Source: Octopus sinensis
Taxonomy: Eukaryota
Reading direction: 5' to 3'
Length of the DNA stretch: 64,000 nucleotides
NCBI RefSeq assembly: GCF_006345805.1
Contig: NC_043013.1
Location: forward strand, 6,386,001 to 6,450,000
The first letter of the stretch is position 1. The number at the start of each line of letters is the position of its first letter. Made by a program: the position numbers and the translations under genes. The notes beneath the pieces were generated by a model, which had not been told where the DNA came from, searched no databases, and worked only from the letters and a program-made list of their open reading frames with translations. This document shows, in pieces, positions 12,559 through 27,469 of the stretch.

Positions 12559-14178
12559 TATAAGCCACGTAGTTATATACACATACTTTGTTATATACAC
12601 ATTCTTAAAAGAAAATGTTATTTTGAACACAACTTTACAAAGAATAAACTATTTTTGGTTTTTTCTTAACCCTTTCGTTACTATATTTCTGACCAAAATA
12701 CACCCCTTATGTGTTTCAATTAATTTCTAACGTAATCATAAATTTAGTCTGGTTTCATTAAACAATATAATGTTTTTTTTTTATGAATACATTAATCTGA
12801 TTTTTGGAAGATAATTTAGTGAAATGTTCTCAACCAATTCTATACTATAATTTTTTGTCACAAAGTGACTCTAATTGCAGGTAGATACAGTAAATTCAAC
12901 AATATATAAAATTATTAAAATTTTGTTCAAACATCGCTAGAGAAATGGGTTATTAGCTAATATTCAATTGGGTATACACACAAAATTTACGATAGAATTT
13001 GTTATTCTGGGTAACTTTCTAATACCCATAATAATATTTATGGCAAAATAGGCCTTAATTCATTTAAGGTTGTGGGAAATAACAAACTATCGTTTCTTTC
13101 GCTTTGTTTAGGTTGAGATCAAATACCACATGCTTTTTTTTTTTTCAGTCAGAGAGTTAGATTATGAAGGTCTTCAGTAGAAAATCCTTCGAATTCTGAC
13201 TCGCTGCTTGATATAATGGAAATTCGTATCCATTTTTTGTCAGAATTACAAATTTTTGAAAACACAATAGGAACAAATTTCGAAAAAAATCTCCCATAAT
13301 TCACGGAATTAAAATTACACTTCGATTTTTTGTACAAACTGTATTTGAAGTGTTTACGAAGTATAATACGTATTTTCACGAATGTACTAAAGAGATTTAC
13401 TCTGATATTCTCATTAAATATGAATAGGTAAATTCGGCGGCTTGGTCACATTAACCAAATTTTTTTCGGGCGGGCGGTTTGGTGCAATTTATAACATATA
13501 TCTATATATAATATATATAATAAATATATACAGAGTAAAATAAAAACCAATTTACCTTTTCTGTATTGTTATTCGACCGTCCGTGTGTCTTTGCAAATGT
13601 GTTGGAATAAGTGAGTTGTGTTTTGGCGCATTTTTTTACTAATAACAAACACATACGTGTTTGTATGTAGTTGTTTGAAACGTTTGTGTTTGCCACTCTC
13701 ATATATGTATGTGTATGCGTGTGTGTGAGGAATGACACGCACACACTCACGCACGCACACATGTACATCAATGCTTTTATGAGCGTCATAGAGAGAAACA
13801 AATATTACATCGCCATCGCCATAGCCATCGCCATCGCCATCGCCATAGCCATCGCCATCGCCATAGCCATCGCCGTCGCATTCTATTTTCTACCTGTCAA
13901 CACACAGTGATTAGTTTCAGTTATTCATTGCACACTGTGTGTGTGCGTTTGCGTGTGGTGTAAACCAGACTAAGAAAAGCATTTGACACACACACACCAG
14001 AATGTGAGTTTTCTGTAAATTTTGCTTAATTGGAGTTTAAATTTTAAAAACGGGACCTGGCATGACGCGATGCATTGTACTCTTAAAATTGGTAGGTAAA
14101 TTGTAATTGAAGAAATGCTATATTGTAGATTTGTATAACTCTCCCAAAGGAGGCAGATAAAATCTGCCTTTTATAATA

Positions 14179-14248
<70 letters not shown>

Positions 14249-14251
14249 ATA

Positions 14252-14289
<38 letters not shown>

Positions 14290-14413
14290 GTGTGTGTATA
14301 TATGTATATATATATGTATATATATATATGATATAGATATATATGTGTAGTATATGTATATATATATATTATATATATATATGTATATATATATATGTAT
14401 AGTATATATTATA

Positions 14414-14452
<39 letters not shown>

Positions 14453-14469
14453 CATACATACATACATAC

Positions 14470-14501
<32 letters not shown>

Positions 14502-14650
14502 TACATACATATATATACCTACATTTACATATACATAATTCATACATGAACACACATTTACTTACACATACACCACACGCTTAGACAAGCAAAAAATATT
14601 GTTACAGATAAACAAGGATGCGTACAATTAGATGACGTGTACAGACACGA

Positions 14651-14705
<55 letters not shown>

Positions 14706-14751
14706 TATATATAATATTATTATTATTATTTACTATTATTATTATTATTAT

Positions 14752-15278
14752 TGAGTAGAGAGCAGTTCATGCCATCAAAGTGACACTGGGGTAAATATAC
14801 GAAGCCCAATATACCCATCATGACTACCTGTCTGATAAGGGTACACCAGGCACATGCATCACAACCATATGTGCGCGACATTGTGATCTCATATCAAGAT
14901 AAACAGCACATGACCTTGCAGGTGGAACCCAGTTAGAATTTTCTTCTGGTTGAGTAGCCCATCCCGCTCAAAAGGTCCCGAATAAGGTTGTTTAAGGATG
15001 TTGAAAGAACCACCCATGTTCCAGAGGTGAATTATTCAAACCCAAAGAATCCTCTCAACACATGCTGCTATGATGCTCCCCCACTACTTCTGCTCGTGAT
15101 CAGAGATGCACATATCGTCAGCCACTAAGGGACATGCTCAACTGGTTAAGGTCAAACAACTGACAAGCAAATCTGTGGTATTGAGCAGAATATTTTGCTG
15201 TAGCCCATCTTTTATACCAAGACAAAACAATGTACATGATAACACTTCCAATCAGTTAAGATCAGAAGCCATGAGAGC

Positions 15279-15290
<12 letters not shown>
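14752..15290. repeat. Unclassified ~540-bp repeat-like segment flanked by (TAA/ATT)n arrays
   Basis: Complex sequence bounded on both sides by TAT/ATT triplet tracts; no recognisable ORF. Confidence 0.4.
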
Positions 15291-15325
<35 letters not shown>

Positions 15326-16020
15326 TATTACCTGGAGCCACGTTGAGCAGCATTGAGTGAAATATAGTTGTGTACAATCATATTTAATACGTTCGTGTAT
15401 GTTCGGACATGAAATCACAATACGCTGCCCAAAATCTCTTGAGAGAGGAGAAATTGTCCTTATATTCAATACTGGTATAAACACACCTAGAGACCACGAA
15501 TGACGTCAACAGACCGTAGGACGCACGCGTTTCTGCGTTGTCACACTTCATTAGCTGCGCATAGTGGACCATTGTCCGTAAGTGCAGTGAGCTTTGGGCT
15601 CACCAACAAAAGTATTATTTGCTATTATAATATAAGAATGACTAGGCGCCATTGACGATGATATTATATACGTCGCTGATGAAACGTAGTGATGCAGAAA
15701 TTCATGTGTCCTAAGATTTGATGGCACCATTCATAGTTGAGATGTGTGTTAACGTACATGTTGGTTAGAAGGGAAAGTTCTTCTCACGGGACCATTTCTG
15801 GACGGTATTGTCTTGCCATGTTCCATGTCCGAATTTAGACAAACATGTTACATAAAACTATAAATGACTGAGAAATATGTTGATGAACTTATATTTAATA
15901 ATAAAACAAATTCTAATATCATGACAAATTGTTTCGTAACTAAAAAACATGTAAATAATTTATATTTAATAATAAACGAAATACTTACATGACTGCGTTA
16001 TCCTATTCTCTTATATATCA

Positions 16021-16080
<60 letters not shown>

Positions 16081-16126
16081 TTATGTGTGTTTTGTAGAAT
16101 GACACATGAGGGAGCTTGTGATTTAA

Positions 16127-16185
<59 letters not shown>

Positions 16186-16681
16186 CAGAGAGAGAGAGAG
16201 ATAGCGGAGGAGACAGAGATGCATAGATATGTTTATATATATATATATAATTATAATTATATATATATATATATATATATACATAGGCGTAGGAGTAGTA
16301 ACTTGCTTACCACCACATGGTTCCCGGTTCATTCCCACTACGTGGCACACCTTGGGCAAGTGTCTTCTACTATAGCCTCGGGCCGACCAAAGCCTTGTGC
16401 GTGGATTTGGTAGACGGAAACTGAAAGAAGCCCGTTGTATATATGTATATATATGTGTGTCTGTGTGTGTGGGGGGGGTGTATGTTTGTGTGTCTGTGTT
16501 TGTCCCCCCCAACATCGCTTGATAACCGATGCTGGTGTGTTTACGTCCCCGTAACTTAGCAGAAAGTACTAGGCTTACAAAGAATAAGTCCTGGGGTCGA
16601 TTTGCTCGACTAAAGGCGGTGCTGCAGCATGGCCGCAGTCAAATGACTGAAACAAGTAAAAGAATACATATGTACATATGC

Positions 16682-16727
<46 letters not shown>

Positions 16728-16841
16728 TATATATATAATAATAATAATATTAGGGAGTAATCCAAACTTACAGGGAAAAATTAGATTTAGGATTAAATCT
16801 AATTTTATAGTATAAATATATATTATATAATATATTGTATT

Positions 16842-17045
16842 AAATTAGAAATAAAACCACTATTAGGCAAATCAAACAATGAAAGTCATAAGCCAATTTC
16901 GTAAATTATGGAATTTACAGGTAAGATAGAACCGCTAATTTGGAATTCATCTTTGAAGGATATTCCAATACCTTCTAGAATTTCTATGTATTGGCTTATG
17001 ATTTTCACTGTTTGATTTGCCTAATAGTGGTTTATCTCTAATTTC
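16842..17045. mobile_element. Foldback/MITE-like hairpin element
   Basis: ~56-bp imperfect inverted arms (16842-16897 / 16990-17045); a separate perfect 13-bp hairpin aaaattagattta-ggat-taaatctaatttt lies at ~16777-16806. Confidence 0.7.
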
Positions 17046-17077
17046 TAATATTAATATATATATATATATAATATATC

Positions 17078-17126
<49 letters not shown>

Positions 17127-17889
17127 CACAAATTAGAAAATGGAGAAACATACTTAAATCAATCAAACATCAACCATCAGATGATACCCAATCAATACTT
17201 TATTACACCATTACATAACAGTAAAGGCATTATACAAAATATATTGTAAATATAATTAGACAAGGAAATAGAAATATAAAATATATATATATACATGTAC
17301 ATACATATGCGTATTGTATATATATATATATATATTTATAGGATAACCCTTCATTTTATGATCAGAAGATAAAAGTGGAAAACTAGAGTACATAATCAAT
17401 AATAATCGCCAGGTTTTAAAAAAGAACATGAGAAATGGTTGTGATGTGGTAATAGTGAATGCTGGGATTAAAATTTTGAGAAACCGTGTTTATTGTTGGG
17501 TGTGAAATCTTAAGCTCTGTTATTTGCAAACAGGAAAGGAAAGAAAGTAGACACATTAGACACCAGGAAAGCATACGCAGGAGACACATTAAGTTTTGAA
17601 AGAAACTTATGAAGAAAAAGGGCGTTGTGCCTATTCTGTCATTCAGAAAGGCGGCACTAAAGCGAGTGAACATTTCCCCGTTCAATTTATGATTACATAT
17701 TGAAAGGTCGCCACACTCATATACACGCACGCTCACACACACACAGACACACACGTGCTTATGTACGTATGCATGTATGTGTGTGTGTGTGTGGTGTGTG
17801 TGTATGTGTGATTAGCAAAAGTCACAGTGACTCAAGGTCCGAGAAGTTTGCCAACACACGAAACTCTTGCTTCTTGGGTTTGTAACTTT

Positions 17890-18003
17890 TGCCAATTATA
17901 TATACAAGCATCAAACATACATGCATCATAATACGTACATACATACATACAAACATACATACATACATACAAACATACATACATAACATACATACATACC
18001 TAC

Positions 18004-18034
<31 letters not shown>

Positions 18035-18549
18035 CATACATACATACATACATACATACATACATAAATACATACATACATACAAACATACATACATACA
18101 TACATACATACCTACTTACATACATACATACATACATACATATATACATACATACATAAATACATACATACATACATACCTACTTACATAATTCGTACAT
18201 ACATACATAAATACTACATACATACATAATACATACATACATAATACATACACATAATACATACATACATACATACATACATACATACATAAAACATACA
18301 TAATACGAAATACTACATACATACATACATACATACATACATACATACATACATAAATACATCATAATACATACATACACATACATACATAATACATACA
18401 TACATACATACATACATACATAATACGTACATACATACATACATACATACATACATACATACATACATAAATACATACATAATACATACATACATAATAC
18501 ATACATACATACATACATACATACATACATACATACATAATACGTACAT

Positions 18550-18620
<71 letters not shown>
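17890..18620. repeat. (TACA)n/(CA)n microsatellite block
   Basis: Seen directly. Confidence 0.97.
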
Positions 18621-18626
<6 letters not shown>

Positions 18627-18639
18627 TAAAGGTTTAGGT

Positions 18640-19260
18640 TTCGGCCAGTAAAGTTATCGTCGGACTGTTTATGATTTGGTTTTGCTAATAATGCTTCTGT
18701 CCAGTTTGGAAGGATTTATAAATCTGACCGACGTAGTTTGACTATTGTAGTTTGGTTTGTGGTCTTTCATCGTTATTAAATAAAGGCACTTTTGGTGTTA
18801 ATGTGTCTACTCCATTATGTATTTTGCGTTTTGTGGCTCTTTCTTCGGCTGTGGTGTTTAAAACTGCATATTTCGTTCGGTTGTTGTAAATATATGTTAG
18901 AAAACGAGTCACAAAGCGGTTACAAGTGATTCTCCTTATCTGGTAGAGATCGTCTGCCAAAATATATTATGGCTTGTTGTTATGCGGTTGATTTCCTATT
19001 TCAGTTCTTTTTGCAGTTTAGTTGGGTCGCATTTTTGAATATTATTTGCCTCATCATTGCGAACAGGTCATCTTCGAAGGGTTTTTAACAGTGGGTTGGG
19101 AGATCGATATTTGACTGTCTAGAATCCATATTTATTGGTAGGTCGTTTTATTTTGGTCTTTTTCTAATTGATAGATTTGTCCAGTCTTTTGATAAAACTT
19201 TGTTTTTTTGCAGTAGTGTTTTTACATGTTTTTTGGTAGGTATTGGTATAGTTTAAGACG
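18640..19260 (-). pseudogene. Decayed Penelope-like element, RT N-terminal region
   Basis: Frameshifted pieces resembling FEDDLFAMMRQI..KLQKELK.EINRI..ADDLYQI and DTLTPK..(K)DHKPNYNSQTT..RFINPSK, typical of the PLE pre-RT region. Confidence 0.65.
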
Positions 19261-19263
19261 TGG

Positions 19264-19340
<77 letters not shown>

Positions 19341-19940
19341 ATAACAGTGTACGAGGTGTAAAAAAATGTGTTGAAAACGAATATGAAAACAAAAATTTGC
19401 GCAAACGAACGGAGTGTGAGTGGGCAAAGGACTTTTGGAAATTTCAGAAGATCTGATTTTTCCCTCATAACTTTCAGGGAAATGGATATATATTAATAAA
19501 ATTTTATAGAAATATTGTTCACATATCACAGATTACGATTATAAAGCAATATCGATAAAATTACCACTTTTATCCCTCCGCAAAAAAACCCCAATTTTAT
19601 TTGATTTGCTTTGCGGGAAGGATTGTTTAATCAAGTCACGTCTTATCCTTACCTTCGAAACGCGGAGTAGACGAAACAGGGATAACTGAAGAAGGGGAAT
19701 ATTCCTTGTGTTGTATGTCTTGTACTGTTTTTTTTTTCGTTGTTTGAAAAATGTTCGTTTCCATGTTTTTGTTTTTACGTTTTCGTTTCTCATTGTGTTC
19801 AACGTTTTTTGATGTCCTGTACCCATATATGCATGTATATGTACATATATGCATATATTTATATATTATTTATATTATTATATGCGAACGCCACGCATCC
19901 TTTTCCTTGTAAGTTTTAACTATCTAATCTATCTATCTAA

Positions 19941-20010
<70 letters not shown>

Positions 20011-20054
20011 ATATAAATATATATATATATATATAATATATATATAGATATATA

Positions 20055-20095
20055 AGTTTGTGAGAGCCCATCCCTATCCAGAATCAGTGGAATTC

Positions 20096-20187
<92 letters not shown>

Positions 20188-20513
20188 AGAGATCTACATG
20201 ATGCGGATGTGGACATTTTCAAAAAACATCTAGACAAGCTGCTTTCCGGGATCCCAGATGAACCCACTGCAAGGTACGAAGGTAACCTAAGGGCAGCAGC
20301 TACAAACTCTCTCTTAGATCAGTGGCCAGCCACGGCAAACTGGACTTAGAGAGGGTAGCAACAAGGGTGGTGCCCCAGCATGGCCTCAGCCGGATGGCGA
20401 AGAAACAAGTAAAAGAGTAATATATATATATATATATATATAAGTTTGTGAGAGCCCATCCCTATCCAGAATCAGTGGAATTTCTTTTAATATATATATA
20501 TATATATATAATA

Positions 20514-20550
<37 letters not shown>

Positions 20551-20848
20551 ACATGATGCGGATGTGGACATTTTCAAAAAACATCTAGACAAGCTGCTTT
20601 CCGGGATCCCAGATGAACCCACTGCAAGGTACGAAGGTAACCTAAGGGCAGCAGCTACAAACTCTCTCTTAGATCAGTGGCCAGCCACGGCAAACTGGAC
20701 TTAGAGAGGGTAGCAACAAGGGTGGTGCCCCAGCATGGCCTCAGCCGGATGGCTGAAACAAGTAAAAGAGTAAAAGAGTAATATATATATATATATATAT
20801 ATATAAGTTTGTGAGAGCCCATCCCTATCCCAGAATCAGTGGAATTTC

Positions 20849-20890
<42 letters not shown>

Positions 20891-21228
20891 ACATGATGCG
20901 GATGTGGACATTTTCAAAAAACATCTAGACAAGCTGCTTTCCGGGATCCCAGATGAACCCACTGCAAGGTACGAAGGTAACCTAAGGGCAGCAGCTACAA
21001 ACTCTCTCTTAGATCAGTGGCCAGCCACGGCAAACTGGACTTAGAGAGGGTAGCAACAAGGGTGGTGCCCCAGCATGGCCTCAGCCGGATGCTGAAACAA
21101 GTAAAAGAGTAAAAAGAGAATATATATATAAGTTTGTGAGGCCATCCATATATATATATATATATATAGATATATATATTAAAAAGAAATTCCACTGATC
21201 TGGGATAGGGATGGGCTCTCACAAACTT
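20055..21228 (+). repeat. Tandem triplication of a CR1-type LINE 3' end (starts 20192, 20547, 20887) with (TA)n and a 45-bp spacer, closed by an inverted spacer
   Basis: Each copy encodes DADVDIFKKHLDKLLSGIPDEPTARYEGNLRAAATNSLLDQW...stop followed by a short 3' tail. Reverse-complement spacer at 21181-21228. Confidence 0.85.
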
Positions 21229-21229
21229 T

Positions 21230-22030
21230 TTTTCCGAACAAAAATATGGGGTTTCTAACATATTAGGAGGTCAGGATACTTGATTCCACGAAAAAACTGA
21301 GCTTTTTTTCTTTCTTAGAGAAACGTGTGCAGGTGTACTTTCCAAAATTTACCAAAATTTATCGGGAAAATTTTTTCCGAAGGAGTGGGGAGAGGACTTT
21401 CGGAACATTCACACGTTCCGATTTTTTCCACCATATAAGTTTCAGGAAAATGGATATCTTTTAATGAAATTTTACAGAAACACTTTTCAAACGGAATAGA
21501 TTACGATTATAAAGAAATTTGTGGGGGAAATATTTTCCTAAAAGGTATGAGGGAAAAAATCGGATCGTGTAAATTTTCAGAATGTCCTCAACCCATCCAC
21601 TCCCTGTGCGTTTGCGCAAATTATTGTTTTCATATTCGTTTTCTACACACTTTTTTTTTACACCTATTAGACTTGTTTACATCTTGGTTTTGGTGACCGG
21701 GTGCTAAACTAGATCCTGAAAGTTTTAACGGGAAAAAACCCCCCAGATCGTGTGAATTTTCCGATAGTCCCCACCCCTGGGGAAATTTTTTTCCCCATAA
21801 ATTTCTTTATAATCGCAATCTGTGCCATTTGAACAGTATTTCTATAAAATTTCCTCAATATATATCCATTTTCCTGAAAGATATGAGGGAAAAACCAGAT
21901 CTTGTGAATTTTCCGAATGTCTCCTCCCCATCTCACTCTCTATTCGTTTGCGCAATTGTTTGTTTTTGTATTCGTTTTCAATACATTTTTTTTACATTAA
22001 ACAGGCTTTTTCTTTGTTTTCGAGACCGGG
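21230..22030. repeat. Modular AT-rich repeat with direct and inverted subunits (related blocks at ~19340-19530 and ~26600-26830)
   Basis: Recurring motifs gatc(g/t)tgtgaattttc(c/a)gaatgtc, gattacgattataaag, cgtttgcgcaa in both orientations. Confidence 0.55.
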
Positions 22031-22149
22031 TCTTACCTGTTTTTCACAGACATGTATTGGTTTTGTCTGCATTTTTGCCTGTTTTTCAGTTAATGTTATG
22101 CATGCACTTACATCGGAACACAGTTATCATGGTAATGATTGTCTATGCA

Positions 22150-23074
22150 TGATAAACTTAGATAAACTTAGATATGTTTCGACCAATGATTGGTCCAGGC
22201 CATGTCTAACTTAATAGCACCACCTGATAGGATTATCTGAATCCTGTTTAAGTCAAGTTTTGTTTATGGTTCATTCAAGTAGTGAGTTTTTGTTGGGTGA
22301 GTTGTATCCAATTATGGGTGGCTTATCTGGTATTCCTTGAAGGAATCTATCCAGACTCCGTATAAAGTTGATGGGATCCTGTTCCTCTTTGATCTCTTTC
22401 GGGACAATGTTAAATAGGGCAGGGCCTGTTGAGGAAAAGAAATTATGTTGTAGTGTACATGTATGCTGTGATCTTGAATTGGGCAGGGGACGTATGGCCC
22501 GTGGTCCCAGTCTTGGATGAACCTTGAAGCTAATGTTCAGGTCGTTTGGGCAAAGTTGGCGGTATATTCTCCACATCGTACAAATGATGTACCGCTCACG
22601 GCGACGCTGGAGAGAGTAGAGTTTCAAGGCTTTAAGGCGATCCCAATAATCGAGAGCAGCCATGCCTTCAATTCGTTTAGTGAGTGCTCTCTGGGGTGAT
22701 TCAATCCTCGAGATGTTTTGTCTTGTATGGGGAGTCCACAGTGGGCAGCAGTATTCGAGGTGTGGCCGTACAAAGGAGGAGAAAAGTGGTGTGATGACAC
22801 CTTGTTCTCTGGACCGGAAAGTTCTTAAGATCCAGGAACTCATCCTACGAGCTATATCGACCTTCTTGTTGATGTGTGCACTCTGAGATGATCATCAACA
22901 ACTACACCCAGGTCTCTGATATTGTTAGAGGCTGTGAGCGGTTCCCCTGAAGGAAGAGAGTATGGCTGTTTTAGTGAGGAATTTCTTCCAAAATGCATCA
23001 GCTCAAATTTTCCCTCGTTCAGTTGCATTTTGTTTCTGTCTGCCCATTGACTCACAGCATATAGATCAGACTGA

Positions 23075-23076
<2 letters not shown>
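22150..23076 (-). pseudogene. 5'-truncated CR1-group LINE (RT C-terminal half and 3' UTR)
   Basis: QSDLYAVSQWADRNKMQLNEGKF...RDLGVVVDDHL, frameshift near 22885, then FVRPHLEYCCPLW...LYSLQRRRERY...IPDKP. Tail ends in (ATCTAAGTTT)n. Confidence 0.92.
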
Positions 23077-23800
<724 letters not shown>

Positions 23801-24204
23801 TGTGTATATGTATAGAAAAGAAATAATTGAGATCCAGTTGAATTAGTTACTTAAGTTGAAGCACCAAGTCAGTCCGGTGTTACCTGCAGAGCTCGAAGTA
23901 AAGTGAACAAAATCAAAATAAGCAATAGGATATCAAGTAGTGATACAGTACGACCGTTTCAAGTGATTCCATTTAATTGAACAATGCAATCATTACATCA
24001 ATTTAATTTCAGTGCGGTACAAATAGATAAATGGAATTTTAACAAGTAGGAATCTTTAATATAATTTTTCTCAAATATTTAATCAGAGCAAGAAGATGGA
24101 ATGTTTCTCTTGCCCGCCTTTGTGTCGTCTATCTGTCCGAATGTTTTAATGTCCCCTATTGCGTTTTTATTCCATTTTTTATATCTATATATATATATAT
24201 ACAT

Positions 24205-24298
<94 letters not shown>

Positions 24299-25004
24299 GA
24301 TTTTGCAGGCATGAAGTGGATTCGATCCACCATAGCCAAATTTAAATTAACACTTCAACAGAACTTTTCTCATGGTGGATTTTCTCTGACAGCAGTTTTA
24401 CATTTTCCAGATGCCTTAGCTAGGCTGAAATAATGTCTTCACCACTCGACCTTTCTAACCAAAAGCTAGAATTAAGATAACAAGACCACCATCTATATCT
24501 ATTGTTCTCAATTTGTCTATCCTTCTGGATTGTTATAAAGACAAGAACCTGCAAGCAAAAGACAGTTAGTCAGTTACTGACAACTCAGTTTGTCAGTTGG
24601 TGACAACTCCTGAGTTTGAGAGAGAGCTAATATCAGTTAGTGAACGGTCCACTAGAATCATGACCACAAGCAGGCAGAAGGAAAAAGAAAGACGTTTAGA
24701 ATCAGCGACTATACTCTCGACAACGTCCCACACTCTCTCACTCTTACTACCTCATTTTATTTCCCTTACAACATCATTCTATCTCTCTTCGTAGTTACTA
24801 CTCAATAACTATACCAGGAAAATCTACGACATCTAACTTTGCTTAGCATGCTTTACGATTTTATCACCTGCCCGTCGGGGCAAGGTATATTCGATGTAAC
24901 GGTAAATAAGAATTTCCTTAAAACTTCATGCATTGTTCATCTTTCACATCTTACAACATGCCGTTGCAGTTAATTTCAACCGTTTAAAAATGAAACCCTG
25001 TCGT

Positions 25005-25054
<50 letters not shown>

Positions 25055-25057
<3 letters not shown>

Positions 25058-25338
25058 TTATATATAAAAGTGAAGTTGTGTGTCTGTCTCCTACGATTTA
25101 GATTCCTAACTACTCCCACATTTTGCGGTGCAGTTTAACCAAAACCGGGTATCTTATAGTCGTGATTCATATCGAGCCCTACCGGGTATTAGCGCGCGTC
25201 TACGATTTAAAAAATAATTTACCATCATTTTTTTCCATTTTTAGTGCATTTTTTGCTATTTTTTGGCTCTAACTCTCTAAAAATGCTTATATAGTTATTT
25301 CCCTTACAAACCCGAGCAACGCCGGGCGATACAACTAG
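25055..25338 (+). mobile_element. Short non-autonomous Helitron (284 bp)
   Basis: A|TCTTTATATATAAAAG...cccgagcaacgccgggcgatacaaCTAG|T, inserted in (TA)n. Confidence 0.9.
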
Positions 25339-27469
25339 TATATATATATATATATATATATATATTGATATGTTTTATGCCCTCGACTTTGTGAGTGGAT
25401 TTCGTACTCGGGAACTGAAAGAAGACTGTCGTATATATGTGTATATTTATGTGTATGTGTGTGTGTGTCTGTGCCCTACCATTGCTTGATAATCGATGTT
25501 CTTGTGTTTACGTTTCCATAACTTAGCGGTTCGGCAAAAGACACTGATAAAATAAGTATTAGGTTTACAAAGAAGAAATCCTGTGGTCGATTTGTTTGAC
25601 CAACACGATGCTCCAACATGGCCGCAGACACATGACTGACACAAATAAAACAATATTTTTGTTCCTTACGGCCGTTTCTGGCAAGAGGCTACGATATCCT
25701 CCATGCTAGCTCCATCTCTTCAGTGTTCTGTAGGGATGGGTAGATAGAGTTTGGATGTTGAGCGAGCCTCTAGGCTTCATCAGAGGGTCTAAATGGTTAG
25801 GAGAGCCGATACATACAAGAATCAGGCTTTTTTTAAAATAAAGGACAAGAGTAAGTTTACAGCTCATAGCTAAGTCGAGGGCTTATAGGCCCCTTCATTA
25901 GACTATTTTCCTTAGTCATTGCACGGTGGTCGCCATAAGATTTAAGCTTATACAAAAATACCATTATTATTATTTACATGATTGTAAAAGCGGCGCCGTA
26001 TAAAAAAAAACATTCGCACCGAAAGCATATGTGTGTGTGTGTGTGTGTCTGAGTATTATGTATGTATGGGCTTTTTTCAGTTTCCACCTACGAAGTCACT
26101 CACAAGGCTTTGGTCAGCTCGAGGCTATAGTAGAAGACACTTGCCCAAGGTGCCACGCAGTGGGACTGAACCCGGAACCATGTGGCTCGTAAGCAAGCAA
26201 CTTACCACACAGCCACTCCTAGTCTAATTTTCCTTTATATCTTTTATTTGTCTAAAAGCTTTCATTCATTCCATTAGTAAACTTAGAGTAATACCAAGCT
26301 CTTAAAGACGCCGTTAAAATTCATGAGAGAATTATATATTATGTTGACTTAACTTAGCCATGCTAATTTCTCTCTTTTAAACAACCGTTTGAGCTTGTTT
26401 AAAAGAAAGAAATTAACACGGCCATTCTTTACGTGGTTCCTTAAGCTAGAAATAGCAGGGTTCACGTGGGTATATTCTAAGGCCTAAGGCATACTAAATG
26501 GCTTTACCAACAAATTCACTTCTGATAAGGTTTCTTTTTTTTTTTTAAACTAAAACTTCTCCCTAAAATTTCGAAATGATTTTTTTCTCTCAGTATAATT
26601 GCAATCTATCTCATCTAAACATGAAAGTTATGGGGAAACAAATTCGAGGCATGTGAATTACCCGAAATGCCTCTTCCCTACCCCGAAAATTTTTTTCACC
26701 ACAAATTTTGATACAGTTGCAATTTGAAAGCTATTTATAGAAAATTTCATTAAAAAAAAAATCCATTTGTTAGAAAGGTAAGAGGTAACAAATTCGGCGG
26801 AGAAAATACTTTAGTTGAAAGAAAGTGAATGAAGTTTATATTTGGTACAATCAATTGACGTCAGTAAATTAAAACCATTCTTTTCTTCTTCAGCTTTCTA
26901 TTTCTTTAAAAACACCCAACAAATACGAGATGATACTGGAATCAACATAATTTGGCTGGCACTTGATTAAACTCATAATTTGGAGAGATGTATTTACTGA
27001 TATCTGGACAAAATAACATCATTAAGTGTAAGAGAAAGAAAGGGAAAAAGAGAGAGAAGATAAAGAGGGAACACTATCTCGCAGTGAATTAAAATTAGAT
27101 TTTTGGCTGTTGAAATCATCAATAATAAAAGACATTTGAAAACTACATTTTGATTTTTTTTAAATATTAAAATTGGAATTTGCAAGAATTTTCTAGACAG
27201 CATAGACTTTAATAATTCCTTTCTTTTACTAAAAGTTACATGTCCCAAACAAATTCATAAGCATCTTTATTATGGTATATATATAAATATCTTACTATTC
27301 TAGCAGGTAAGAAAAAAATTTCTAAAGTGGATTGAGATAATCCGAAGTATTGTATTGGCTTAATTACAAGCCTTAGACTTTTCTCCATTTGTGTTATCTT
27401 TTAACCCAATATTCTACACACAATTATTTATAGCTTTTTCTACTTCGAGTCCCAACGTTAAAAATATTA

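Noticed and set aside
13808-13880. (GCCATC/GCCATA)n encoding poly-Ile-Ala
   Set aside because: Hexanucleotide microsatellite inside repeat-derived sequence; no exon signals.
25760-25790. CTGATGA-A-GCC taga GGC on the minus strand
   Set aside because: No GAAA core follows stem II.
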